Part shown: positions 1 to 10,029 of the stretch, one piece after another
Layout: each line of letters begins with the position of its first letter
How positions within the stretch are numbered: the first letter of the stretch is position 1
Assembly: GCA_964572155.1 (NCBI GenBank)
Contig: CAZNDZ010000003.1
Location: 202,224 to 266,223, forward strand
Origin: an uncultured Planctomycetales bacterium
Lineage (GTDB): Bacteria > Omnitrophota > Gorgyraeia > Zapsychrales > Fredricksoniimonadaceae
Reading direction: 5' to 3'
Length of the DNA stretch: 64,000 nt
The notes under the pieces: model-generated
Seen by the model: the letters and a program-made list of their open reading frames with translations, nothing else
Databases searched by the model: none
What the model was told of the DNA's origin: nothing
Position numbers and translations under genes: made by a program

Positions 1-786
1 GGCTTTGGGGTTATAAAACTTACGGATCAATTGCGCAAATTCCATGATGGTGAATTCTCGCGGATTTCCACAATTCACAGGGCCCGCTTCTTTAGATAAT
101 AATAACTTGGTTATCCCGTCGACCAAATCATCTACATAACAAAATGATCGAGTTTGTTTGCCGGTACCGTAAACGGTCAATGGCTTATTACTTAAGATCT
201 GATCAATAAAATTAGGCACCACACGTCCATCTTTAATTTGCATGCGTGGACCATAAGTATTAAAGATACGTACAATCTTGGTATTAACCTTATAGCAACG
301 GTTATAGACCATGGTAATGGCCTCAGCGTAACGTTTGGCTTCGTCGTACATGCTGCGCGGTCCATTGGGATTCACATTACCCCAATACGATTCTTTTTGT
401 GGATGTTCGAGTGGATCACCATAAACTTCTGAGGTTGAGGCTAAAAGGAATGTTGCTTTCTTTAATTTCGCAAGCTCTAAACAATTTTGTGTGCCTTGAG
501 CACCAACCATCATCGTCGCTAATTGATGCTTCACATAATCAACGGGAGATGCGGGGGAAGCAAAATGTAAAATGTAATGCACGGGGCCTGAAATCTTTAG
601 CGCTTTGGAAACATCTTGATTGATAAATTTAAAATCTTTGTTTTTCGCTAAATGTGCAACGTTGCGACGATTGCCTGTGATCAAATTATCAACGGCAATG
701 ACTTTAAAACCATGATTAATAAACCAGTCACACAAATGACTTCCTACAAAACCTGCACCACCGGTAACCACCACTGTTTTTTTCAT
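1..786 (-). CDS. UDP-glucuronate decarboxylase (UXS-type NAD-dependent epimerase/dehydratase), 5' part only (extends beyond the window start)
   Basis: Minus-strand translation starts [43 protein letters not shown]...YDEAKRYAE, i.e. a GxxGxxG Rossmann motif and the YxxxK catalytic pair of the UXS/dTDP-glucose dehydratase family. Its ATG overlaps the upstream gene's TGA (ATGA). Confidence 0.8.
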   Translation of the reverse strand, partial: MKKTVVVTGGAGFVGSHLCDWFINHGFKVIAVDNLITGNRRNVAHLAKNKDFKFINQDVSKALKISGPVHYILHFASPASPVDYVKHQLATMMVGAQGTQNCLELAKLKKATFLLASTSEVYGDPLEHPQKESYWGNVNPNGPRSMYDEAKRYAEAITMVYNRCYKVNTKIVRIFNTYGPRMQIKDGRVVPNFIDQILSNKPLTVYGTGKQTRSFCYVDDLVDGITKLLLSKEAGPVNCGNPREFTIMEFAQLIRKFYNPKA

Positions 787-2075
787 AGCTTAATAATCTT
801 TCTGTCTTTAATATGATGATAAATATTTTTTACATCAAAAATTAATTTGGCATGGGTCTGGACAAAGCCATAATCTATTTTTGTATGATCGACCGCAACA
901 ACCACCACGTCATATCGCTTGATCGCCGCTGCGGTTAATTCAATGCCCTGCATATCTAAACCATCCACTTTTAAATATGGGATCATCGGATCATGAAAAT
1001 CAACCGTGGTGCGACGACGCAACACATCAATCAACTTGATCGACGGTGATTTGCGCAAATCTTTAACATCTTTCTTATAGGTAACACCTAAAATCAAGAT
1101 CTTAGCCTTCTCAAGTGGCTTCTTTAACATTTCTTCGATGCGATGCACGGCATATAACGGCATGTGCGCATTAACATCAGCTGCTAACTTAATGAATTTG
1201 GAATTAAACCCATAACGTTTGGCCTTCCAATATAAATACAATGGATCCTCTGGAATGCAATGACCACCAACACCTAAGCCTGGATAAAATGGCATAAAGC
1301 CAAATGGCTTGGTCTTGGCCGCATCAATGACTTCCCACACATCAATGCCCAACTTATGGCACGTCTGAGCAATCTCATTGATCCAACCGATATTGACAAT
1401 GCGAAATGAATTCTCTAACAACTTGGTCATCTCCGCAGCTTTGGGCGATGCAACGATGTGCACATGTTTGATAATCGATCGATATAACATGGCGGTTAAT
1501 TTTGTACAGTCTGGCGTTAAACCACCAACGACTTTAGGGATGGACGTCACATCAAAATGTTTGTTGCCTGGATCAATGCGCTCTGGCGAAAATGCTAAAA
1601 AGAAATCTTTGCCGGCTTTAAGCCCACTCTTCTCAAGCTCTGGTTTGATCAATTCTTCCGTCGTGCCTGGATAAGTCGTGCTCTCTAAAACTACCAACGC
1701 GCCTTTCTTTAAATACTTGGCGGTGGTTCTGACTGCACTTAAAATAAATGAAACATCCGGCGTGTACTTCCGTTTAATCGGCGTTGGTACGCAGATTAGA
1801 ATCACATCAGCGGTTTTCAAAATGCTAACATCCGTTGTTGGTGTAAAGCGATGATTATGCAATACGGCATGGATTTGAGGGGCGTGTATGTCGGTGATAT
1901 AACTCTTGCCCGTCTTTAATGCATCCACCCGATGCTCATTGGTATCAACACCAAACGTCTTAAAACCTTTACGTGCAAAAGACAGCGCCAACGGCAGGCC
2001 AACATACCCTAGGCCAATGACCGCCACCACAGCCTGGTGTCCTGCAATCTTTTTTTCAAAAGCACGCACGGGCAT
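783..2075 (-). CDS. nucleotide-sugar dehydrogenase (UDP-N-acetyl-D-glucosamine/mannosamine 6-dehydrogenase family, WbpA/WecC-like)
   Basis: Motifs [24 protein letters not shown] and GGHCIPEDP are typical of UDP-glucose/GDP-mannose dehydrogenases. The ORF-track start at 2108 is TTG; I used the first ATG at 2075 (MPVRAF...), which has an AGGGGA SD-like sequence upstream. Confidence 0.75.
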   Translation of the reverse strand: MPVRAFEKKIAGHQAVVAVIGLGYVGLPLALSFARKGFKTFGVDTNEHRVDALKTGKSYITDIHAPQIHAVLHNHRFTPTTDVSILKTADVILICVPTPIKRKYTPDVSFILSAVRTTAKYLKKGALVVLESTTYPGTTEELIKPELEKSGLKAGKDFFLAFSPERIDPGNKHFDVTSIPKVVGGLTPDCTKLTAMLYRSIIKHVHIVASPKAAEMTKLLENSFRIVNIGWINEIAQTCHKLGIDVWEVIDAAKTKPFGFMPFYPGLGVGGHCIPEDPLYLYWKAKRYGFNSKFIKLAADVNAHMPLYAVHRIEEMLKKPLEKAKILILGVTYKKDVKDLRKSPSIKLIDVLRRRTTVDFHDPMIPYLKVDGLDMQGIELTAAAIKRYDVVVVAVDHTKIDYGFVQTHAKLIFDVKNIYHHIKDRKIIKL

Positions 2076-2076
2076 A

Positions 2077-3396
2077 TTATTTTCCCCTACCAATGCCAAA
2101 ATATTCAAAACCTGATTCTTCTAAAACTTTAGGATCTAAGAAATTTCTTCCGTCGAAGATAACTGGCTGACGCATGGCCACTTGTACCTGACGGAAATTG
2201 ATATCACGAAATTCAGCCCATTCGGTTAAAAGGATCAAGCAATCACAATCCTCGGCAGCCTCATAAGCGTCTTCACAAATTTTTACACCCTTTAAGTCTT
2301 TGCGTGCATTCTCGCCTGCTTTTGGATCATAGGCCTTGATCTTTGCGCCTTCGGCTTGCAGCATGCGGATGATTTCAATGGCTGCGGAATTACGAATATC
2401 ATCGGTGTTGGGTTTAAACGCAATGCCCCACACGCCAATTGTCTTATCCTTGATATTCCACAATTTCTCCTCGATAAAACGCACAAACAAGCGGCGTTGT
2501 TCATCATTGATCAAACGCACGCTTTTGAGTAATGAGAAATCATAACCACTCTTTTCACTCAAACGGATGAAGGCATCGACGTCTTTTGGAAAGCAGCTGC
2601 CACCATAACCAATACCTGCATCTAAAAATTGACGGCCAATGCGCTTGTCTAAACCCATGCCTTCGGACACCATCAAGACATCTGCGCCGACGCGGTCACA
2701 CACTTGAGCCACGGCATTGATAAAAGAAATCTTGGTTGCCAGAAATGAATTAGACGCATGCTTAATCATTTCAGCGGACGCGGTATTGGTGACTAAAATT
2801 TTTGTCTTAAGCGGCTTATAAATCTCACGCAATAAGCCTTCGGCTTTCTTAGACTCGACCCCCAAAACCACACGATCAGGGTTCATGAAATCACTAACCG
2901 CACTACCTTCTTTTAGAAATTCTGGATTAGAAGCCACATCAAAATCTAGCAAGATCTTATGTCCTTTTTTGAACTTTTGCGGCAAGTTTAATTGAATGGT
3001 GCGTCTAATCTTATTTCCTGTCTCAGCAGGAACAGTTGATTTCTCGACGATCAATTTATAGGAATCCATGCTGCGGGCAATTTCACGTGCGACATTTTCA
3101 ATGTACGTTAAATCCGCATCACCATTAGGTTTCGACGGAGTTGGCACGGCTAAAAAGATCACGGTTGATTTAGCTGTGGCATCTTTGATAGAACCGGTGA
3201 AGGATAAACGTTTTTTCTTCACACATTCTTTCATGAGCTCTTGTAAGCCTGGCTCATAAATGGGGATCTCGCCTTTTTTTAACTTCTTGATCTTCTCAGG
3301 ATTATTATCAACACTGATAACATGATGGCCGATATGCGCCAAACAAACACCTGTCACTAAACCCACATATCCTGAACCAATGATTGCAATATTCAT
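2077..3396 (-). CDS. ugd: UDP-glucose 6-dehydrogenase
   Basis: MNIAIIGSGYVGLVTGVCLA...GGSCFPKDV, the canonical Ugd N-terminal Rossmann motif and catalytic Cys motif; 439 aa. Confidence 0.85.
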   Translation of the reverse strand: MNIAIIGSGYVGLVTGVCLAHIGHHVISVDNNPEKIKKLKKGEIPIYEPGLQELMKECVKKKRLSFTGSIKDATAKSTVIFLAVPTPSKPNGDADLTYIENVAREIARSMDSYKLIVEKSTVPAETGNKIRRTIQLNLPQKFKKGHKILLDFDVASNPEFLKEGSAVSDFMNPDRVVLGVESKKAEGLLREIYKPLKTKILVTNTASAEMIKHASNSFLATKISFINAVAQVCDRVGADVLMVSEGMGLDKRIGRQFLDAGIGYGGSCFPKDVDAFIRLSEKSGYDFSLLKSVRLINDEQRRLFVRFIEEKLWNIKDKTIGVWGIAFKPNTDDIRNSAAIEIIRMLQAEGAKIKAYDPKAGENARKDLKGVKICEDAYEAAEDCDCLILLTEWAEFRDINFRQVQVAMRQPVIFDGRNFLDPKVLEESGFEYFGIGRGK

Positions 3397-3429
3397 ACCC
3401 TGATGCGCTCCTATTCTACCTAATGTTTA

Positions 3430-5616
3430 TTATAAATCCGTCGATGATTGCGAACCCGCTTTGCGTTGATGGAATGTTGAACTAAACAAATCCAAAGGCT
3501 GATCGGGGAAAGCCTTTAACTTAAATGTTAATAAGAATTCAATGCCGTTGCCACGGGTCTGACCATAAATCATATTCATTTCCCACTCATGCAAATCACG
3601 GGTAACCATAAAATTCTCTTCCTTCAACGTTCCCTTACCAAGATCAAAACGATCATAAACCTTAAATCGCCACTTTGGATTAATGATATACGCAAACTGT
3701 GTGATCAGTTGATGATCTTGGCCACGGGCAAAACGTTCGCCAATATTAAACCCATACTTTCCACTCTTTGTGATGTAAAAATCTAAATTGCCTTCGGAGA
3801 TACGGTTATGTTTATGATCGATCGTTGTATCACTTACAAATCGTAACCAGTCTGTCGGCGTGATCTCAAGTAAATTTTTCACAGGACTTAGTTGGCCCGG
3901 TCTACCTGTTTGTTTAATCAAATAATCCACCGTCGCTAAATCACGCACCAAATCAACAATCTTACCCTTACGTTTTGTTTGCAACTTATTTTCAAGCGAG
4001 AATGTGATGCGGTGATCTTGGGATAGGCCGTCGATCGCTGCATCAAACTGATTTAAACGTGATGCAGCAAATGTTGGTGTATGTTGATAGCGATAGGCAA
4101 CACTTGGCGCAATGATATGGCGCAAGCGTGTGATGTCACTTCCAAACAAACCACGGTCAAGTTCCATGACTTTCATAAAACGCGTTGAGAAATCCGCTCC
4201 AGTCTTAAACATTTGACGGGTAACATTCGTTGGCCTGCGGTCATCGATGGTGCGACTATAATATGTTGTCTGACCACCCACCATGGGCGTAAATTGCACA
4301 AAACCTAAATGGGTTGGATAAGAGACTTCGTTGTTAGAATCAAACCGCATTGTTTTTCGACGATCTTCTGTTGGAGACGCTTGACGATTGACTAAATTTG
4401 AAAACGTATCATTGGTCTTTAAATAGAAACCACTACTCCCAATCGGTTGGCCTGCTAAAGAATATGTAATTTCCGGCGTGCGGTCTATGGCTTGGATAAA
4501 ACGATTCACCCGATGATCAACCCGAATGCTTAAGCTACCTGCTGGTAAAGCACGGTTGATATAGAAAAATGTTTGTGGATTAGCTTCTTTTCGATATTCT
4601 CTTAAGAAATATCGTTGCAACAACACACTGTCACTAAGCCTATAATACTGAAACACAGCCTGCGTCTTTTCATCCATATCCCAACGATGACGCCATTCCA
4701 ACTTGTAACGTTCATTCTGAACCGTCGGCGCTGTCTTAGCTTGCCAAGGATGTTTGGCCGCAATCTGGCGCTCATTGATAAAATAATAACGCACAATACC
4801 AGCACCCATCGACGGTGTATTATAGGAACTATCTGCCCCAAGACCAAAACCCATCCGCTCATAACCATCGACACGGATCGACGTCTTAAAATTATCGTTT
4901 ACTTTAATGCGCGAGCGCGTCAACAAATACATCCCAAGATCTTTTTTATACCCTGGGGTAAAAGTAAACCACGGTTTATCTTTTAGATCTTGGGTGAACT
5001 TAGCAAAATACATGATCGGCACAGGACCCAAGAACATGGTAACCCCACGAGCAATTGCCTTATCTCCAGGGTAAACATCCAACTTGCGTGTTTTCATGCG
5101 ATAATGAGGATGATCAAGGTCACAGGTGGTCAAGAAACCATCTTTCATCAAAATATGACCGTCGGCATCTTTGATGATTTGTTGTCCTTTGATTTGAAAT
5201 GGCTCATTAAATAACCTCACATTATCAAAGGTGCCCGCCGTAGTGCTAAAATTATATGACGCCTGATCTGCATCAACTTGAAATTCAGGTGTATCTATAT
5301 ATACATTGCCAGTAGCTTGTGCAATCTTTGTCTCTCGATTAATCTTTGCACCGTCTGCTTTTAGCATAGTATCGCCAGATTTGACAACAACATTGCCACT
5401 AGCTTTAGCCACATTCTGATCTTTTAAATATTCAACTTGATCCGCCTGCATCTCTACAGGTCCAGTTGGCTTCTTAAGATCTAGCGATATCTTCTTTTCT
5501 TTTATATCATCGATTGTTCGCCCAGAATTAACATCTGTAACATCCCATTGAGCAAAAGCCGGCAGTGGCAGGCATAATAATGCGGATATGATTACGTATT
5601 TATAGATCTTTTGCAT
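3430..5616 (-). CDS. lptD: LPS-assembly outer membrane protein LptD
   Basis: 728 aa with a signal peptide (…PLPAFAQ). The N-terminal OstA/LptA-like region is followed by a long β-rich region of the size expected for the LptD barrel. A 17-nt overlap with the upstream ROK gene implies an operon. Confidence 0.7.
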   Translation of the reverse strand: MQKIYKYVIISALLCLPLPAFAQWDVTDVNSGRTIDDIKEKKISLDLKKPTGPVEMQADQVEYLKDQNVAKASGNVVVKSGDTMLKADGAKINRETKIAQATGNVYIDTPEFQVDADQASYNFSTTAGTFDNVRLFNEPFQIKGQQIIKDADGHILMKDGFLTTCDLDHPHYRMKTRKLDVYPGDKAIARGVTMFLGPVPIMYFAKFTQDLKDKPWFTFTPGYKKDLGMYLLTRSRIKVNDNFKTSIRVDGYERMGFGLGADSSYNTPSMGAGIVRYYFINERQIAAKHPWQAKTAPTVQNERYKLEWRHRWDMDEKTQAVFQYYRLSDSVLLQRYFLREYRKEANPQTFFYINRALPAGSLSIRVDHRVNRFIQAIDRTPEITYSLAGQPIGSSGFYLKTNDTFSNLVNRQASPTEDRRKTMRFDSNNEVSYPTHLGFVQFTPMVGGQTTYYSRTIDDRRPTNVTRQMFKTGADFSTRFMKVMELDRGLFGSDITRLRHIIAPSVAYRYQHTPTFAASRLNQFDAAIDGLSQDHRITFSLENKLQTKRKGKIVDLVRDLATVDYLIKQTGRPGQLSPVKNLLEITPTDWLRFVSDTTIDHKHNRISEGNLDFYITKSGKYGFNIGERFARGQDHQLITQFAYIINPKWRFKVYDRFDLGKGTLKEENFMVTRDLHEWEMNMIYGQTRGNGIEFLLTFKLKAFPDQPLDLFSSTFHQRKAGSQSSTDL

Positions 5617-6526
5617 GATTGACTAAAACCTGCGCTCCAATAATTCCTGCGTCATTTCCAAATTTTGCTTTAAGTATTTTGACATGCTTTCGGTGTGTCA
5701 ACATGGCCCGTGAATCAATGACATCTTGCGCTGTCTTAAATAAAAATTGATGATTATTAGAAACGCCCCCACCAATGACAATCACACTGGGATTCAGCAA
5801 ATTAACAATACCTGTTAAACCATTACCTAAATGCGTGGCTGTTTCTTTCCAAAACTTTAAAGCTTTGGCGTTGCCCTTCATAGCCAATGCATGCATTTCT
5901 TCAAGGGTTACGCTTTTACCCATCACAGCGGTGGCTTTATTAACAAGACGTTGATTTCCTATATAACTTTCTAAACATCCATACCCTCCACAATTACATT
6001 GTGGACCCGTCTCGTTGAGCGGCAAATGCCCCAACTCTCCCGCCGCATTATGTGCCCCACGATATAACTTATTACCAAGAACTAACCCACTACCAACCCC
6101 AGTTCCTAAAGTTAAACACACCAAATCCCTATATCCCCGACCAGCACCTTTTTGCCATTCTGCCAGCGTGATTAATTTGACATCATTATCAATGAACACC
6201 GGCAACTTAAGACGCACTTCTAATAATTTCTTCAGAGGAACATTCTTCCAGCCTGGGATATTTGGTAAAAAGCGCACGATACCTGCTTTAAAATCAATCG
6301 GCCCAGGTAAACCAATGCCAACACCATTAATCTGCTTTTTGGTTAACCCTGCTTCTTCAATGATCTGCAGGATGTGAAGACCTAAAGTATCAATTAATTT
6401 CAACTTCGTAGACGCAAAAGCTTTTGTGGCAAAATGATTTCGGGCAATTACTTTTCCTGCCGCGTTAAGCAAACCAATCTTAATATTGGTGCCCCCAACA
6501 TCAACGCCAATAGTATATATACTCAT
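5600..6526 (-). CDS. ROK-family sugar kinase (glucokinase / N-acetylglucosamine kinase-like)
   Basis: GVDVGGTNIK ATP-binding motif, plus the ROK zinc motif CNCGGYGCLE. Confidence 0.8.
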   Translation of the reverse strand: MSIYTIGVDVGGTNIKIGLLNAAGKVIARNHFATKAFASTKLKLIDTLGLHILQIIEEAGLTKKQINGVGIGLPGPIDFKAGIVRFLPNIPGWKNVPLKKLLEVRLKLPVFIDNDVKLITLAEWQKGAGRGYRDLVCLTLGTGVGSGLVLGNKLYRGAHNAAGELGHLPLNETGPQCNCGGYGCLESYIGNQRLVNKATAVMGKSVTLEEMHALAMKGNAKALKFWKETATHLGNGLTGIVNLLNPSVIVIGGGVSNNHQFLFKTAQDVIDSRAMLTHRKHVKILKAKFGNDAGIIGAQVLVNHAKDL

Positions 6527-6602
6527 ATAAACCTTATTTTAATTATATAGATTGAACGGGGTTATTTTACTGTATTTAGCTGCGGGATTCAACAAAGAAT
6601 GA

Positions 6603-7724
6603 TTATTTAGCTGCTAAACGCTTGCTCTTGGTAAATTCGAGCAATTCTTTGACCATGCTATGCATGCGGGTGGCGGCTTTACGTATTCCTTGAAGACTTT
6701 CTAAATTCTTGGCATCTAAAGTAGGGCCGGCGTGTTGCTCAATGTAAGAACAATAGGCAATCATCATGGTTAAGGGGTTTAAAATATCATGACCCATGAC
6801 ATTGATGAATTTATCGAGTTCATCATTCATTGTTTTTAAATCAGTATTCTGCTTTTCAATGCGCACCTTGTATTCTTCAAGCTTTCGGCTCATTTCATTG
6901 AATGTTTTAGCTAAGTTTGCGACCTCATCATTGGATGTGGCCATGACTTGAACGTTAAAATTACCCTCCCCAACCGATTCAACCGCCCTGCTTAGTTGCT
7001 TGATGGGTCGAACAATTGAGGAAACAATCCAAAATGCCAAAACAAAAGCTAACAAGAACACACCAACTAATAAATATACAAACTTCTGAAATGCGAACTT
7101 TTCCCATTGCTTCGCCTGATCCAGCGACGACATTAACGACTCTTGAACCGTCTTTAATAATTTAGCCACATCTTTGGTGAGCTTATTTTCATCATTCTGA
7201 AACCTTTCTAAATCTTCGATCGATAACTTAAACCCACCTGCCTCGACTTCTTGTAAAAATTTCATAATGCTCGCATCATAATCAGCGCGTACGGCCTCTA
7301 AACGTGTCATCCCTTCGCGAATTTCTAACATGGCAGGCTTTTGCTCATCAACGATATTAAAATTTGATGCCCCAAGCGACAAGGCCTTGGCTTTTTGTGC
7401 ACACGTTGCTGCTTCTTTGGCGTATTGTTCATACGTTGTGCGAATTCCTTTGAGTTGATCTTGCAGGTAACTACTACGGGCAAACGTGGTTTTCTCAAAG
7501 CCCAACTCTTCCGAGATGCTAATCAGCTGTTGTAATAGGACATTCTTTTGTAATTGAATTTGATAGACACTGTTAACGCCACGCATCAAGGCCACATCAA
7601 ACGTGACCATGGCAGAATATTCCGCACGTATGGCACGCATTTGATTTAAACCACTCCACGCAGCAAATGACAACGCGCCAAGCAGTAAAACAATTAACAA
7701 TATAATTTTGTTTGAGATTCTCAT
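6603..7724 (-). CDS. membrane sensor with a periplasmic domain, HAMP and HisKA (DHp) domains but no catalytic HATPase_c domain
   Basis: TM1 (ILLIVLLLGALSFAAW), a ~180-aa periplasmic region, TM2, a HAMP linker, then the H-box MGHDILNPLT. The ORF stops about 60 aa later and a 76-nt intergenic gap follows. Confidence 0.7.
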   Translation of the reverse strand: MRISNKIILLIVLLLGALSFAAWSGLNQMRAIRAEYSAMVTFDVALMRGVNSVYQIQLQKNVLLQQLISISEELGFEKTTFARSSYLQDQLKGIRTTYEQYAKEAATCAQKAKALSLGASNFNIVDEQKPAMLEIREGMTRLEAVRADYDASIMKFLQEVEAGGFKLSIEDLERFQNDENKLTKDVAKLLKTVQESLMSSLDQAKQWEKFAFQKFVYLLVGVFLLAFVLAFWIVSSIVRPIKQLSRAVESVGEGNFNVQVMATSNDEVANLAKTFNEMSRKLEEYKVRIEKQNTDLKTMNDELDKFINVMGHDILNPLTMMIAYCSYIEQHAGPTLDAKNLESLQGIRKAATRMHSMVKELLEFTKSKRLAAK

Positions 7725-8740
7725 GATGACTTATTATATGCGCCAAACGTGATAATACAATTACGACCTGCAGATTTTGCACGATACAAAGCCCAGTCGG
7801 CTTTATCGATTAATTCTTCAGCAGTCTTTCCGTCGGAGGGATATGCAGATATACCAATGCTAATCGTGATGCGTAGCGTCGCATCATAGGCTCGTATCTT
7901 TTTACCTTCAACGGTTTTGCGAATACGTTCAGCAACCAAGGCTGCACCTTGCGCATCCGTATCAGGTAAAACCACACAGAATTCTTCACCACCATAACGA
8001 CCAACAATATCAATCTCACGAACACTTTCTTTAAGCACTAAAGCAATTTGACGTAACACCTCATCACCTGTCAAATGTCCGTACTGATCATTGACCTTCT
8101 TGAAATAATCCGCATCAACCAATAAAAATGCCACCTTGGTCTTACGTAAATGGGAACGTTTGATTTCTTCTTCAAAACGTTCTAAGAAATATCGTCGGGT
8201 GTAAGCCCCTGTTAAGGCATCGGTGATGGCCAAGGTTTCAACTTCTGTGTATAACTTGATGCGCAAATATGCCAACGCAAATTGGTGTGCCAAGATTTCA
8301 AACTTAGGTTTATCCTTCTCAGAAACACCCTTATAAATCAAATACCCTAAATTCTTTTCTTTGCTTTTTAATGCAAAGACAGCAAAACCTGCTGGAATTT
8401 CGTCGGACTGTGGTTCGTGATCAACCATGCGGCAATCGTCGATGCTTAGATTTTCTTTCAACTTGCGTTTAAAGATTTCAAACGCCTCATCTTCTTTAAA
8501 ATGGCGTGTGATTTCTTTGGTCATCTCATAAAGAGTAAAAATCTGCGCAGCCTCACGCTCCAATTTATTTTTCTCTGCTAATATTTTCGTCTTTTGCTCG
8601 ATGATTTTTTGATAGGAGTCCTTGGAACGTAAAACATCCTCATCGGCTTTTTGTTCTAGTTGCATGACCACCATTTGAGCTAAATAGAACACCACGCCAA
8701 TAAATACGATTGCCAATATTATGCATAAGTAGAGCATCAT
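7721..8740 (-). CDS. diguanylate cyclase (TM + coiled coil + GGDEF)
   Basis: GGDEF-domain motifs RYGGEEF and KVNDQYGHLTGD. ATGA overlaps at both ends. Confidence 0.85.
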   Translation of the reverse strand: MMLYLCIILAIVFIGVVFYLAQMVVMQLEQKADEDVLRSKDSYQKIIEQKTKILAEKNKLEREAAQIFTLYEMTKEITRHFKEDEAFEIFKRKLKENLSIDDCRMVDHEPQSDEIPAGFAVFALKSKEKNLGYLIYKGVSEKDKPKFEILAHQFALAYLRIKLYTEVETLAITDALTGAYTRRYFLERFEEEIKRSHLRKTKVAFLLVDADYFKKVNDQYGHLTGDEVLRQIALVLKESVREIDIVGRYGGEEFCVVLPDTDAQGAALVAERIRKTVEGKKIRAYDATLRITISIGISAYPSDGKTAEELIDKADWALYRAKSAGRNCIITFGAYNKSS

Positions 8741-10029
8741 GCTTCACACACCCTGTTGCGGCCAGCTTCCTTGGCCTTATAAAGCGCTTCGTCGGCCTTC
8801 ACAATCAATTCTTCCTTAAGTTGCGCATCCGTTGGAAACGCCGCCACACCAATCGAGGCCGTCACATGTGTTTTCTGACGACGTAAGACAATCTCACGGC
8901 CACTAATTTTCTTTAATATGGCATTTGCAGATGCGACAGCCTTTTCTTTGGAGCAATCTGGCAATAATACACAAAATTCTTCACCACCATAACGACACAC
9001 GAGATCTCCAGGCTCATTAAAATGTTCTGCGATCATCCCTGCGACGGTGCGCAACACAATATCCCCAGCGATATGCCCATAGTTATCGTTATATTTCTTA
9101 AAATAATCCAAGTCAATCATCAAAAAACACAATTCTTTATGCTTTAACACACCGCGATTTACCTCTTGCGTTAAACGCTCCAACATGTAGCGACGCAGAT
9201 ACAAACCTGTCAGGCCATCTCTAATCGCTAAGTCCTCAATCTTTTGATATAACTGTGCATTTTCGATGGCTACGCTTGTGATGTCGGCGATGGTTCGCAA
9301 GAATCTTAAATCATCGGTTGCAAAATGATGGGCGCTGGGGCTATCGATGCGCAAGATTCCCAAGATTTTATCACCAATGACTAAGGGCGCGCTAATCAAT
9401 GACCTTACCTTACGCCCATCTTCATTCATGATCTTCTCGACATCAAAACGAAAATCAACATTGGCATCTTCAACCAACAATGGGTTAAGTGTCTTAACCA
9501 CCCATTGATCAAAAATATCCCCACGCTTGGCTTTTAAATTCACCTGCATTTGGCCTTTTTGAGACGAGGATATGCCAAGCTCACCCGTGCTCGAATGAAA
9601 TAAATAGAGAATGACCGTGATGTCTTTATGGCCAAAAAGTTTATTTACTTCGGCACACAACGTCGCTGAGGTTTCTTCAATACCTAATGACATGCTCAAA
9701 CTCTCGGTTAAATCTTTGAGCTTGCCGTAATTGATAATTTTATTTTTGATGATGGTGATCGTCTTCCACTCTTGATCAATTTCTGCTTTGAGCAAGTTGG
9801 CACGTTCGAAGTAATCTTCTTTTTGAAGGACAATGACGTTTTGTTTGCGTTGCAGGCGTCGATGAAATGCAATGAGCAAACCAATGTTGATCAACAATGC
9901 GGAGGTGATAAAGAAAAACGCCACTTGATGTTTCGTGGCGTAAATAAAGAATGCCGCTAAAGGCACGAGGAAACTAAAGATGACTAAAAAATAAAGTCTA
10001 AATAATGGTCGCTTGGGTTTGAGAATCAA
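8737..10029 (-). CDS. diguanylate cyclase with two TM helices, a GAF-like sensor domain and GGDEF
   Basis: RYGGEEF and DNYGHIAGD motifs, with a GAF-like region upstream (…GILRIDSP…). The start codon is TTG in the ORF track and there is no in-frame ATG before the TM helices. Confidence 0.75.
   Translation of the reverse strand: MILKPKRPLFRLYFLVIFSFLVPLAAFFIYATKHQVAFFFITSALLINIGLLIAFHRRLQRKQNVIVLQKEDYFERANLLKAEIDQEWKTITIIKNKIINYGKLKDLTESLSMSLGIEETSATLCAEVNKLFGHKDITVILYLFHSSTGELGISSSQKGQMQVNLKAKRGDIFDQWVVKTLNPLLVEDANVDFRFDVEKIMNEDGRKVRSLISAPLVIGDKILGILRIDSPSAHHFATDDLRFLRTIADITSVAIENAQLYQKIEDLAIRDGLTGLYLRRYMLERLTQEVNRGVLKHKELCFLMIDLDYFKKYNDNYGHIAGDIVLRTVAGMIAEHFNEPGDLVCRYGGEEFCVLLPDCSKEKAVASANAILKKISGREIVLRRQKTHVTASIGVAAFPTDAQLKEELIVKADEALYKAKEAGRNRVCEA

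Noticed and set aside
2076-2108. ORF-track 5' extensions using TTG or GTG starts (783..2108, 16269..20255, 13309..16197, 28131..28871, 32664..33719, 28953..30056, 57044..57325)
   Set aside because: In each case a downstream in-frame ATG gives a better model. The reasons are a conserved signal-peptide start among paralogs, a canonical signal peptide, a good Shine-Dalgarno match (33677, 57256), or avoidance of overlap with an operator or neighbouring gene. The extended forms were kept only where no ATG exists (8737..10029).
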